From contig OZ360222.1 in assembly GCA_977017645.1 (NCBI GenBank), forward strand, positions 228,904,001 to 228,968,000: 64,000 nt of DNA, in the 5' to 3' direction. This DNA is from Torpedo marmorata. Its lineage: Eukaryota. This document shows positions 1-11,806 of this stretch, piece by piece. The translations under genes were made by a program, and so were the position numbers. Position 1 is the stretch's first letter, and every line of letters begins with the position of its first letter. A model generated the notes under the pieces. It saw only the letters and a program-made list of their open reading frames with translations. It was not told the origin of the DNA and made no database searches.

Positions 1-260
1 TAATTTTAGATTATTTCTTCATTTATAATATTATTAGTAAATTACACTATAATTAACTTTGACGCAGTTGTTTCAGCGATTTTAACAGTATTGGGTCCTC
101 TTCAACTGAGTTCAAACATTGAATTAAAACAGGCATTACAAGCTTGTTTTTAAGCATGAGCTTATTTGTAACAGTTTGAATCCACAGATCATGAATTGCT
201 AGGAATTAGAACTGGATAGGGTTGTTTACTTCTGTGCCATACCATTGAAGCTGTACTTAC

Positions 261-311
261 CAGGGAGCGAAGCACATTAAGGACCAATTGCTAATAATTT
301 CTGGTCGCTCC
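261..311 (-). other. Candidate 51-nt host micro-exon (uncertain)
   Basis: Minus strand tttcAG|GGAGCG...CCCTG|GTAAGT; open frame ERPEIISNWSLMCFAP is in phase with the candidate exon at 1194-1293; protein not recognised. Confidence 0.2.
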
Positions 312-1193
312 TGAAATTCAATTAGGTACTTCCTGGCATGTGTTTTCCTTGCACAATGGAAAAGATTTCAATGTCATTACCTGTACAACCCTCCTTTTGG
401 AGGAGTGCAGGGAAATTTAACAAAATTGTCCTTGGAGTGATTGACATTGGGACAACTGAAACAATTAAGTCGTCACAGCATATTGGGATCCCACTAAGAT
501 AAGTCCCTTACTTATCTTTTCACCTTTGGGCACCACACCCCCATCACCCTCCCCCTAGCTGTACTGCACATCACCAAATCCTCTCATACACTGACACTAA
601 ACCCTGAAATGTGACCCTGCGATTCCTCAAATCCCCAATACCCAATGAACTCTAATGTCCACTTGGTCCTCTGACTCATACTTTGAGACACTTGGCAGAG
701 GTCCTGATTTTACGTATGTCCTGGTCTCGCTCCCTCAGTCACTTAACTGATCACCACTCTAAAGCCCTGATTAGACACAACAGCAGGTTCTCCCTCCTCC
801 TTCACTTCATTCTTAAAGTAGAGCACAAAACCTAAAACAGTTATTGACTCACTGATGTTACATCTATCTAATATCGTTGCTTCCAGCCAGGGGTGGTGGT
901 TGGGGTAAGGTGATTTTTTTTTTTTTTGCTGTGGGGAGGGGATGGAGATTGCCAAAGAATACTGGTCTTCAATATCATTGACAGAGCTCTGTCACAGGAA
1001 TGATGACCAGGTTGACAGAGGAAAAATCCATGTGTAAAAGCAACATTCTCACTGGCAGCTAGGAATCACTGGCCCATGAGCACTCAAAGTTATGAAGAGG
1101 TATTCGGGATCAAGTCATACATTTGGAGCCTATAGAAGGCCTGTGTGAGTGGCAGAAGAAGCGCACAGCCTCATAATCTAACTACCAACTCAC

Positions 1194-1293
1194 CTGTTCG
1201 TCCCCTCTAGGCACTCTTGTGGAAGAATCTTCGCTTTCAACATTGGCTCATCAGTCACCTGAGTAATAGCAAGCCATCCTTTATATTGAAGGA
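1194..1293 (-). other. Candidate 100-nt host exon (uncertain)
   Basis: Minus strand ttttcttcAG acceptor and CAG|GTGAGT donor; one open frame LQYKGWLAITQVTDEPMLKAKILPQECLEGTN; no recognised homology. Confidence 0.3.
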
Positions 1294-1575
1294 CTGAAGA
1301 AAAACATATTTAGGTAATACAGTTGATAAATTAACAAGAAAGTACAAAGAAATAATACTATATTTAGCACACAAGCAGGAAATCCCAGTCAAGCTTCTAA
1401 AAAGCTCAAATTTCTAAAAAGAAGTGGTTCATGACATCATAAGGTATTTTTTGGAAGGGACTGGTACTTTACTGATTGTGAACAGGTGGAGAAGAGGTTA
1501 AATGACAATAGAGTTAAAATTTATTTATTTAAAATATTTGTTTTATATATATATATGCATATAATATATGCATAT

Positions 1576-2287
1576 TGTTATGGACCATGACTGACCATTT
1601 GGACTGTGGACGGTCAGCAGGAAGGATGAAGTCTTTTGGGTACACAGTGGGACAAGGTACTGAAAGAGTTAACTTGCCCAGGACTGGCTGTGCTCAGAGA
1701 GAGAGACACATAGAGAGAGAGAGAGAGACAGGCTGTGGAAAGATACTTTGTTGCACTTTTGCAAAAGCAGGTGCAGACCTCTGCAAAAAGCATTCAGATT
1801 CAGTTTTGGAGTTGCAAAAGGCTGGAGCAACACAGCAAAACCAGAGGCTTGTGAATTCCATGGGAAAAGGCTGGGAGATTAGCACATGGCCTCCTGTATC
1901 AGCAAAATCCTGAGATAAAGCAACGTTCGTGGAGAACAGGCGTGAGATCAGCGAGACAGGCTGTGAGATCCAAGTATACGCCTCAATCAGTTGTATACTG
2001 ATTTGAAATCGCAGTCCTCATGCACCTACCAAAAGGGAAAGTCATCAGGGAAGAAAAGCAGGCCAAGCATTCGTAAGCTTAAACAGTCATTGTCTCTCTC
2101 TCCAACATTCATTAAGAAGTCCTTCCTGCCAGCACACAGAGCTGAATTTGGACCCTGAACATAGAGAGTGATTTTTGTGGACTGTATGTTTGGGACTGAC
2201 TTATTTTTATGACTGACCTGGTGTTTTGGGGAAGGTTTTCCATTTTTGCATGGGGGTTGGGCACAGACTGTAATGGTCTGGGCTTTA

Positions 2288-2323
<36 letters not shown>

Positions 2324-2464
2324 TTAGATAAGAATAGTGTTTATAGACGTTTATAGTGAGGTTCCTTGTTAATTTATATGTTTAATTGTCTTTAATAAAT
2401 ATAAATTTCAATTTTACCCCTTTTACATTGTGTCTTCTGTCATTGCTGGTATGAATTTGTAACA
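1576..2464 (+). repeat. 5' LTR (type A), contains (GA)n and (CA)n tracts
   Basis: Starts TGTTAT, ends TAACA just before the PBS; its last ~175 bp are repeated at 15571-15763; AATAAA near 2394. Confidence 0.75.
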
Positions 2465-2467
2465 AAT

Positions 2468-2485
2468 TGGGGGCTCGTCCGGGAT
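2468..2485 (+). promoter_or_regulatory. Primer binding site, tRNA-Pro
   Basis: TGGGGGCTCGTCCGGGAT, the canonical 18-nt tRNA-Pro PBS, 3 nt after the LTR end. Confidence 0.95.
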
Positions 2486-2594
2486 TGAATCAAGCTCCAG
2501 CTTGTTAATTGAAGGAATCCCAGTCTGGTTTAAGACATTCCTTTTGTAAAGCTAATTAAAAGCTCATGTGTGTATGTAACAAAAACCAGCAACA

Positions 2595-3866
2595 ATGGAT
2601 GTGGAATTTCTTTTGGAATCACCCAAACCTGATACTTTAAAAAAGGCTAAAAAGGAACAGTTAGTGGCTATAGCAACCGAGTTGGGCATTGCTTCTGTAA
2701 AACCATCAATGAAAAAGGCAGAGATTTGGAGAAAAATTTCCAAATACTATATAAAAGGAAAAAAGTATGAGGAGAGCATGTTAGAGCAGTTTCCCAAGGG
2801 TAAACCTTCTGAAAACATACAGTTGGAACTAAAAAAATTGGAATTGGAGGCAGCCAGGGAACAAAAGAAATTAGACAGGGAATTGGAACAAAAGAGATTA
2901 GACTTGGAGGCAGCCAGAGAACAAAAGAGATTAGAGAATGAGGAGAACATTGGGCAATATGAGCTGGAAAAGATTAAGTTGGAAAATGAGAGGAGACAAA
3001 AAGAGCACAAAGATCGAATTCGTGGTCATGTTGAGAGGCTTTTGGCTAGTAGAGAAGTTAGGTTGGTTCCTCCATTTGAGGAGGCGGAAATAAATAAGTT
3101 CTTCCAGCATTTTGAAAAGGTGGCTGTGAAATTAAAATGGCCACAAGACCAATGGTCTCTTATGTTACAAAGTGTAATTAAAGGAAAAGCTCAGCAAGCT
3201 TATTCTACTCTTACCACAGAGTAAGCTGCTGATAATGAAATGGTGAAAAAGGCTATACTCCAGGCTTATAAGTTAGTTCCAGAGGCTTATAGACAGAAGT
3301 TTAGAAATTTTAAAAGATCAGCAACCCAATCTTACACAGAGTTTGCCTATGAAAAGGTTATGTGTTTTGACAGTTGGTGCACATCTAAGGCGGTAAACAA
3401 TAATTACAATCAATTGAGAGAATAGATAATAATTGAGGAGATAAAAAGGTGTGTTCCTGAGGATATTAAGGCATACTTAGATGAAAAGGAGGTGAAAACT
3501 TGGCAAAATTCAGCTAAATTAGCAGATGAATATGCTTTAACCCACAAGCCTAAGTGGACGTCAGGCAGAATTTTCCAAAAGGGCACTATGGATAATCCCA
3601 AGCAAGTGGAAAGTAAATTTGGAAGTGGTGTTAAGGAAAGAGATGAAGGAAAGTGGAAAAAGGAAAACCCTTCGGGTCCCATTTGCCACTACTGTAGGAA
3701 GACTGGTCATATGCTAGCAAGCTGTCCAGTGTTGAAAAAGAAGAGAGAAGAGGATGCAACACCTAATACTTGTATTCAGAGTGAGAAGAGGCATAACACC
3801 CAGGAAGGAGATAAATTTACTGACAAAGTTAGGGATGTATTTAAAGTCTGCAAAAATTGCAGATGA
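2595..3866 (+). pseudogene. gag: Gmr1-like gag (coiled coil, SCAN-like capsid region, CCHC knuckle), two in-frame stops
   Basis: ORFs at 2595, 3240 and 3492 share one frame; LVPPFEE...FFQHFEKVA...WP, VPEAYRQKFR, SAKLADEY, CHYCRKTGHMLASC. Confidence 0.88.
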
Positions 3867-6800
3867 TTATGTTTTAAACCCCAAAACTAAGTGTGGGCCA
3901 AGTGAAACTTTCCAAATGAGATTTGATAAGATTTTGGTATTGCCCAGCTCTGTAGATTTGCAGAGGGTTGAGATTTAAGAGTTTCCTGAATGGAAATCTT
4001 ACTCTATTGAGCAGCAGTTAAAGCTGAGACAGAAGAAGTTAGAAATACATAGAATTAACAAAGAGATATAAAAACTTAAATCAGAGAGATAAAAAATTAG
4101 ACTGGAGGAAGCAGAGCGGCAAAGGAGATTTACAAAGAGCCTACAGCTAAAGTAGTTACAAATGGACAAGTATCGTCAAAATTTTTATTATCACGATCAA
4201 CAAGACAGGGATGTTCCCTGTCACCTGCTTTATTTGTTTTGGCAATAGAACCTTTAGCTGAATTGATTAGAGAAGATATAAATATAATGGGTATAAAAGT
4301 TGGTAGGGAAGAACATAAGATCAGCTTGTTTGCAGATGATGTATTAATATATATGACAAAATCTGTTACATCACCAGCAATTGGCTACTATATTGATAGA
4401 ATATGGTGAGATATCTGGATATAAAATTAATTCAGATAAAAGTGAGATTCTGGCTTTATCTCAAGGTGATTATACTAGATGTAGAGAGGTTACGGAGTTT
4501 AAATGGGCTAAAGAATGTATTAAATATCTGGGAGTTAAAGTGGATACAAAGTTGGAAAATTTGTATAAATTAAACTATATACCTTTATTCATGAAAATAA
4601 AAAAAGATTTAGAACTTTGGAAAGACTTACCTATAACTTTGATGGGAAGAGTAAATTGTATCAAAATGAATGTTTTTCCAAGAATTCAATATCTTTTTCA
4701 ATCTATTCCTTTTGGAATCCCAAATAATTTTTTTAAAGATTTAAAATTTGTTATTAGGAAATTTTTATGGAAAGGAAAGTTGGCAAGAGTAAGTATAGAT
4801 AAATTAACATGGAATTATGAGATGGGAGGACTGCAACTTCCTAATTTTCAGTATTACTATAAAGCAGCTCAATTAAAATTTATTAATGAATTTTTTGATT
4901 CAACTAAATCTTCTGCTTGGATTCATATAGAATTGAATAATATAGGAGAAATACATAAAGAAGAGATTATTTATAAGTGGAACTCTAAATTATTATTAGC
5001 TAAAAAGAAAAATTCACTAATTATTAAACATTTGTTGGAAATTTGGTCACAGGTAGATAAAGAAATAGGTCGGAAAGATTAATTTCTTTAAATACACCAC
5101 TATACCAAAATTTGCTTATACCATTCTCTATTGATAATCAGTTACTTAAATTATGGTTTCAAAAGGGAATTAAGACCTTGAAAGATTGTTTTGAAGCTGG
5201 TAGATTTGTTACTTTTCAAAGGTTAAAAGAAAAATTTAATATACTAGATAATACAATGTTAGTTTATTTTCAAGTTAAAGCCTTTTTGACTGAGATATTA
5301 GGGAATGAATTAGTAGCACCAAGACAAAATGAATTGGAATTGTTAATTACTAAAGTTAATATTAATAAGTTTATATCACAAATGTATAAACTATTTCAGA
5401 GAAAGATGTCTAAAGTAGGGTTACATAAATCTAGATTAAAATGGGAACTAGACTTAAATGTTAATATAGATGAAAATCATTGGAAAGACTTATGTAAATT
5501 AAGTATGACTAAAGTTATTAATGTTAGATATAGACTAGTACAATATAATTTCTTTCATCAATTATATTTAATACCTAAAAAATTGAAGAAATTTAATCCA
5601 GCATTATCCGATATGTGTTTTAGATGTAAGAGTGAAATAGGCTCTTTTGTTCACTGTACATGGTTATGTTCAAAAATTCAAGACTTTTGGTTGAAAGTTA
5701 AGAATTTTTTAGAGAGAATTTTTAATGTTGTGTTTACGATGGATCCTATGTTATTTTTATTTGGAGATATTAGAAAATTTTGTATTAGAAATAGATTAAA
5801 TATGTACCAAGTAGAATTTCTACGTATAGTATTAGCAGTTTCGAAAAAGTGTATAGCTATTACTTGGAAGTCAGATGTAGATTTAAATTTAGAACGATGG
5901 CATGCAGAATTACGTTCATGTATACCATTAGAAAAAATTATCTATAAATTTGTGTAATAAATATCATTTTTTATTGAAAATTTGGGGCCCATATATGAGA
6001 ATTATGGGTTTAACAATTTAAACTCTCTGGATATCGGATCCACTGGCGAAAATAACCTCTATGGTAGAATTAGTTTGAAGCTTGTTTTCTCCTCACTCTA
6101 TTTTTCTATCTTTCTTTTTTCTTTTTCTCTTTTACTATTTTTTTTTTTAGAGTAGTGGGGATATAGGGGTTAGGGAGGGGAGGGTGGGAAGGGGGGGAGA
6201 AAATGTATATCACATGTATTTTCAAATATATGCATTTTATTTTATGTATTTTGTGATTTGAAAATTTAAATAAAAATATTTTTTTTTAAAAAGAGAGATA
6301 AAAAATTAGACTGGAGGAAGCAGAGCAGCAAAGGAGATTTAAGGAGGAGAAAGCCGCAAAACAGAGAGAGTTTGAGAGAAAAATGGAAGATTGGAAAAAT
6401 TCTGTTAAGTTTCCAAATGAGTTTGATTTAAATCCAGAGCTTAAATTAAAACCAAGTAAAACTTTTAAAAAAGGGACAAAATTCTGCTAAATTTGCAGAT
6501 GACTATCACAATGTGAAATTTATGCCCAACAAACCTTTTCAGAAGGGTAACATGAAGTACCAAAATAAGGTAGACAATAGATGGGGAAAACCTTTTGGAT
6601 TATTTTGTAACTATTGTAAGAAACATGGTCATGTGGTAGAGAATTGTTTTTTTCTTGAAGAGAAATAGAGAACAGAAAAAAGTGCTAGATGCTTGTATTC
6701 AAGGAGATGAAAACCAGGGAAGTAAAGAAGGGATTGTTGGTAAAATTAGGAAGGAATGTAAACCTTTTGTGTCAGGAGGTAAGGTTGTCCCTGCAGTAAA

Positions 6801-6975
6801 GTACCCAATTAAGTTTGAAGCTGAATGGGGAAAGGTTGCCAGCAAAGAAAAAGCTGAGCAAACTGATTTAAAAGCTATGTCTAAAAATTTTGCCAGTGAA
6901 GAAAATACTGGACAGATTTATTTAAAAGACACAAAAAAGCTTTTGAAATTAAACCACAGGCACAGACTGATTTAA
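3843..6975 (+). pseudogene. Second, internally deleted gag-like region (split by L1) and remnant protease junction
   Basis: Further SAKxADDY modules, coiled coil LEEAERQRRF, second knuckle CNYCKKHGHVVENC near 6605-6650; KPFVSGGKVVP with no D(T/S)GA motif. Confidence 0.65.
4133..6291 (+). mobile_element. 5'-truncated L1-clade LINE (ORF2 RT to C-terminus plus 3' UTR)
   Basis: TRQGCSLSP, SLFADD, KYLGV, C-terminal CFRC...H....C; AATAAA and A tail; flanked by a 50-bp direct repeat (4083-4132, 6292-6341). Confidence 0.93.
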
Positions 6976-7185
6976 AAGACACACAAGCTTGTGAAATTAA
7001 ATAAACAGGCACAGGAAGAAGCAGGCTGTGATGATTCGTCAGTCACTTTACATTTTTCTTTGTTAGACCAGAGGTCTGGAATTAAAATTGAAAGTAGTAA
7101 CAGTACACAGCAGATGAAAGAGGATTTGTCTTTATCCAGAGCAAAGTTAATAGAGAAACAAAATAAATAAATTGATCTTGCTGAA

Positions 7186-7975
7186 GTGAGAGAAAAAGTA
7201 CTCTCTAATGAAGAAATTAAGAAAGTGCCAGTTGGTTACTATTTCAAAGAGGGTATATTAATGAGGAAATGGAGGTCACTTGAGATTCATGCTAATGAAG
7301 AATGGGCAGTTGTTCATCAGGTTGTGGTTCCTAAAGATTATAGGGATGAGATTTTAAAACTAGCCCATAGCACACGTTTAGGTGGACATCTTGGGGTAAA
7401 GAAAACTACCTATAAAATTATGAAACAATTTTATTGGCCTAACTTAAGAAAAGATGTGAAGAGATTTTGAGGACATGTCACACTTGTCAGGTTCTGGAGA
7501 AGCCTAATCAAAGTCCCACAGTGGCACCTTTAAAACCTATTCCCATTTTTGGAGAACATTTTTCTAAAGTTATTTTGGATCGTGTTGGTCCATTGCCCAA
7601 AACAAAAGCTGGAAATGAATATTTGTTGACCATTATGTGTGCAGTTTCCAGGTTTCCTGAATACCACTTAGGAATATTAAAGCAGAAACTGTGTCTGGGG
7701 CTTTGGTGAAAATTTTCACTTCATTTGGTTTGCTGAAAGAGTCAGATCAGGGAAGTAATTTTATGTCAGGGGTATTTCAACAGTTAGTTTATAAATTGGG
7801 AGCTAAGCAAATTACATCATATGCATATCACCCAGAATCTCAGGGAGCTTTGGAAAGATTCCATTCGACTTTAAAAACTATGATGAGGACTTATTGTTGT
7901 GAGAATGAGAAGGACTGGGATGAAGGTGTTTATTTACTTTTGTTTGCAGTAAGGGAACAATACAAGAATTGTTAG
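7186..7975 (+). pseudogene. pol: Integrase (HHCC + DDE), frameshifted
   Basis: AHSTRLGGHLG...CHTCQ; ILDRVGPLP; SDQGSNF; YHPESQGALERFH. Confidence 0.9.
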
Positions 7976-10900
7976 GTATTAGTCTTTTTGAATTGGTATT
8001 TGGACATGAGGTTAGAGGACTTTTAATGTTGTTGAAAGAACAGTGGGTTAATGAGGATGTGCAGTTGAATTTGTTAGAGTATGTTTCAAAGTTCAAAGAT
8101 CGTTTACAGAAGGTCTGTAAGATAGCTAAGGAGAATTTTAAAATGGCTCAAGGTGATATGAAGGTTTGGTATGACAGAAAAGCCAGAGAGAGAATTTTTA
8201 AACCAGGGGATAAAGTGTTAATTCTTTTTCCAACAATTTCTAATCGTCTTAGAGCAAAATTTTCAGGACCTTATGAAATAGAATCTAAGGTAAATGAAGT
8301 TAATTACATGGTTAAAACTCCTGATCGGAGACATAAAACACAGAGTTGCCACGTTAACATGTTAAAACCTTATTTTGAGAATCTGGATGTTAGCCAGAAG
8401 CAGCCTTCACCAGAGGTATTGGCTGTGGAGAAAACTGAGGTTATGGATCCTGAAACCATACAAGCTGATTCTTGTGAGAGTCATTTTAAAGAGAATATTG
8501 TTCCAGTTTGTTTACTTAATTCAAGTATAATGGAAAATTTGGATGAGAAGTTGGCTCATTTGAAACCTCAGGAAAAGGAACAAATAAGACAGTTGATTTT
8601 AAATTACAGAAATTTATTTCTGGATATGCCACAGAGAGCTTGCCATGATGTTAATGTTGGAGAGGCAAGACCTATCAAACAGCATCTATACAGAATGAAT
8701 ATTGAAAAATGTAAACAGGTAGATCAAGAGATTGAGTACATGTTAAAGAATGATATTATTAGACGTTCTACTTCAGATTGGAGTTCGCCTTGTGTTTTAG
8801 TACATAAATCAGATGGGACAGTTAGATTTTGCACTGATTATAGAAAAATTAATGCAGTGACAAAAACAGATGCTTATCCTATCCCTAGGGTGGATGATTG
8901 TGTGGATAAGATTGGAAAAGCTAAATTTCTTACAAAGATAGATCTATTAAAATGTTACTGGTGTGTTCCCTTAACAGAAAGAGGAAGGGAAATTTCTGCT
9001 TTTGTAACCCCATCGGGTTTATATGAGTACAATGTTTTACCATTTGGTATGAAGAATGCTTCAGGAACATTTCAAAGCATGATTAATTCTGTGACTCAAG
9101 ATTTAGAACATACAGATGTTTATATTGATGACTTGGTTACAGGGAATGATACATGGGAAGAAAACATCTCTGCGTTGGAGAAATTGTTTGATAAACTTTT
9201 GAAAGCCAATCTTACTGTTAATTTAGCTAAAAGTGAATTTTGTCATGCTAAGGTGAATTATCTTGGTTATGTTGTTGTCCAAGGAAAAGTGAAGCCTGTT
9301 CAGGTTAAAGTTCAGATAATTATTGAATTTCTTGTACCCACGGGTAAGAAAGCTTTTTAGGAAATTTTTAGGAATGGTTGGGTACTACAGAAAGTTCTGC
9401 AAAAACTTAGCTGACATTGCCATTCCTCTGACTAATCTTTTAAAGAAGAGTGACTATGATAATATTGAAAATCCAGTGGCTTATGTATCTAAGAAATTCA
9501 ATCAACACCAAAAGAATTATTCTACTATTGAAAAGGAATTATTTTGATCGCATTAATCTGGGAATAAGGGGAGGTTATCTCCAAAAACGCCCCTGGCTCA
9601 AAATAGGTGTATACCTTTTACAATGGATAATAAGATCCTGGACACCTGGTCCCGGAAAGGGATCAGATGTGTCGAGGATTGCTATGAACAGGGACAACTT
9701 ATGTCATTTTAACAATTAAAAATTAAGTATGGTATTATGAATAATACGCTCTTCTGCTATTTCCAGCTGAGATCTTACTTAAGGGATAAATTGGGCCCAT
9801 CAATGACCCTACTGGAATGCAGTGAAGTGGAGACTTTGATTTGAAAGGGGATCACAAAGAAGTTTATTTCAGCAGCCTATCTTTTACCACAAAAAGGAAC
9901 CCCTGAACAGGGGCTACATCGATCTGGACAGAGATAGGAGTCAGACTTGTTCATTAATTATATAATAATTAATGAACAAAACTGGTCCGACTTACGTCGG
10001 GACAATATGAAAAACACAATAAATATGAGATACAGACTGGTACAATATAATTTTTGCACCAGTTATATTTCACACCGCAAAAATTGAATAAATTTAAATC
10101 AGAAATATCAGATAAATGTTTTAGATGCGTCAAAGAAATAGGAACGTTTTTACATTTAACCTGGTCATGCCCCAAAGTAAAACCTTTCTGGACGGACTTA
10201 GGGAAACTCTTAGAACAAATGACAGAAATTCTGTTCCCACAATGCCCAGAATTATTTCTATTGGGCAATATAACTGGCGTAAGACCTAAGATGAGGCTGT
10301 CAAAATTTCAAATAAAATTTGTGGAGATCGCATTGGCGGTGGCCAGGAAATGTATAGTGGTCACATGGAAGTCTGATTCCCATCTAGGTATGACAAGATG
10401 GAATGAGGAAATGTACAGTTGTGTTCCCTTTGAGAAGATTACCTATAATCTTAGAAATAGATATCATATATTTTTAAAGATTTGGACTCCATATTTACAA
10501 CACATGGCTGTAAATCTATAACCAGCTTCCCCCCCCTCGCCTCCAGGACCTATGTCCATTTCCTCTTCAAAAATCCAAGTATGCCAAGTAATTTAAGCCT
10601 GCGGGGTGGACGACGAGCCTCCAACGTCTTCTTTCCTTTTCTATTTCAACCTTTTCTTATTCTATTCCTCTCTTTTTTTTCTTTTAGGGGGGAATTGGGT
10701 GGGTGGGTTTTTCTTTGTTTGTAATGTTGCTGTTTTTTAGTATAATAGTCAACAGATGAATATTATTTTTGATGATGTATTACTTTTGTTATTGTTTGGC
10801 TTTAAAAAAAAAATATTCCAAAAAAAAAGAAAAGGAATTATTGTCTCTTGTATTGGCTTTGCAACATTTTGAAGTATATGTTTGCACTGATATGGGATCA

Positions 10901-11057
10901 ATTGTTGTTTACACTGACCATAATCTGTTGGTGTTTTTGAAACATAAAAATAGATGATTATTGAACTGGAGTTTAATTTTACAAGAATATGACTTGATTA
11001 TAACTCATATTAAAGGCAAAAAAGAATGTCATTGCTGATTGCCTTTCATGATGTTAA
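7969..11057 (+). pseudogene. pol: Integrase C-terminus, reverse transcriptase and RNase H (interrupted by L1 at 9544-10828)
   Basis: GPY module, RFCTDYRKIN, LPFGMKNA, YIDD, YSTIEKEL|LSLVLALQHF...YTDH. Confidence 0.9.
9544..10828 (+). mobile_element. 5'-truncated L1-clade LINE (second family)
   Basis: ORF2 C-terminus CFRC...HLTWSC...EKITYNLR; A tail; 14-bp TSD GAAAAGGAATTATT at 9530-9543 and 10829-10842. Confidence 0.9.
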
Positions 11058-11160
11058 ATTTGCTTGTATTGCATTGTATCATTTTAGAGTGTAATATTTA
11101 CAAGAAAATGGTAGATTGTAATTTAAAATTTTGACCTTTTAGAAGTTCAAAATTTACTCC

Positions 11161-11172
11161 GTGGGAAGGAGG
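11161..11172 (+). promoter_or_regulatory. Polypurine tract
   Basis: GTGGGAAGGAGG directly before TGTAAC, about 100 bp after the RNase H end. Confidence 0.8.
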
Positions 11173-11637
11173 TGTAACGGATGTGTTAATGTTAATATTA
11201 ATATTTAATGTTAAGTTATAGAATTATATTGTTAAGTAAGGGTAGTTGTGGGCTGGTACAGGGTCACACACAAGTCAAAGCACATTTGCAGAAAAAAACC
11301 ATTACTGAGAGAAAGAAATTGCAGCTGGGAGTTTTCGGAGTCAATGCGTCTTGAAAGACAAAAGTATAAAACCTGAAGTGGTTGCTTAAAAGCATTTTTG
11401 TGTACACAGCATTCTGCTGGCTGATGGCAATCAGACATTTTGGAATCATAAACCATTTAAGCTTCTTGGAACAGAGTTGAGGTCAGATGTTTTTGTGGAT
11501 GTAAGTGATTTTGAAGAAAGGCATGAGGTAATGCTTCTGAAATGAAACTAAAACTGTGGTGATGTAATGTCACATGATGTCAGAGAAATATATAATGAAG
11601 AAGAAGTGACATTTTAAAACAGACTGAACCAGACTGG

Positions 11638-11783
11638 AGAAACGCTGACACTTTGGAAAGACAAAGAAGCAGTTCAAGAAACGCTGACACTTTGGAAAGA
11701 CAAGGAAGCAGTTTAAGAAACTCTGACACTTTGGAAAGACAAAGATTTAAAGTCTGAAGAAGTTTGACATTCTGGAAAGACAG
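11638..11783 (+). repeat. 39-bp tandem repeat (about 3 copies plus 1 degenerate) in LTR B
   Basis: Unit AGAAACGCTGACACTTTGGAAAGACAAAGAAGCAGTTCA. Confidence 0.85.
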
Positions 11784-11806
11784 AATTATTTTATGAGCAG
11801 TGATCT

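Noticed and set aside
2468-11172. Endogenous retrovirus or Copia element
   Set aside because: tRNA-Pro PBS and IN-before-RT order suggest these, but RT and IN motifs are Gypsy type and no env is visible.
11638-11783. Possible CRISPR-like array (also 27478-27665 and 54178-54664)
   Set aside because: Head-to-tail tandem units without unique spacers, eukaryotic context, no cas genes.
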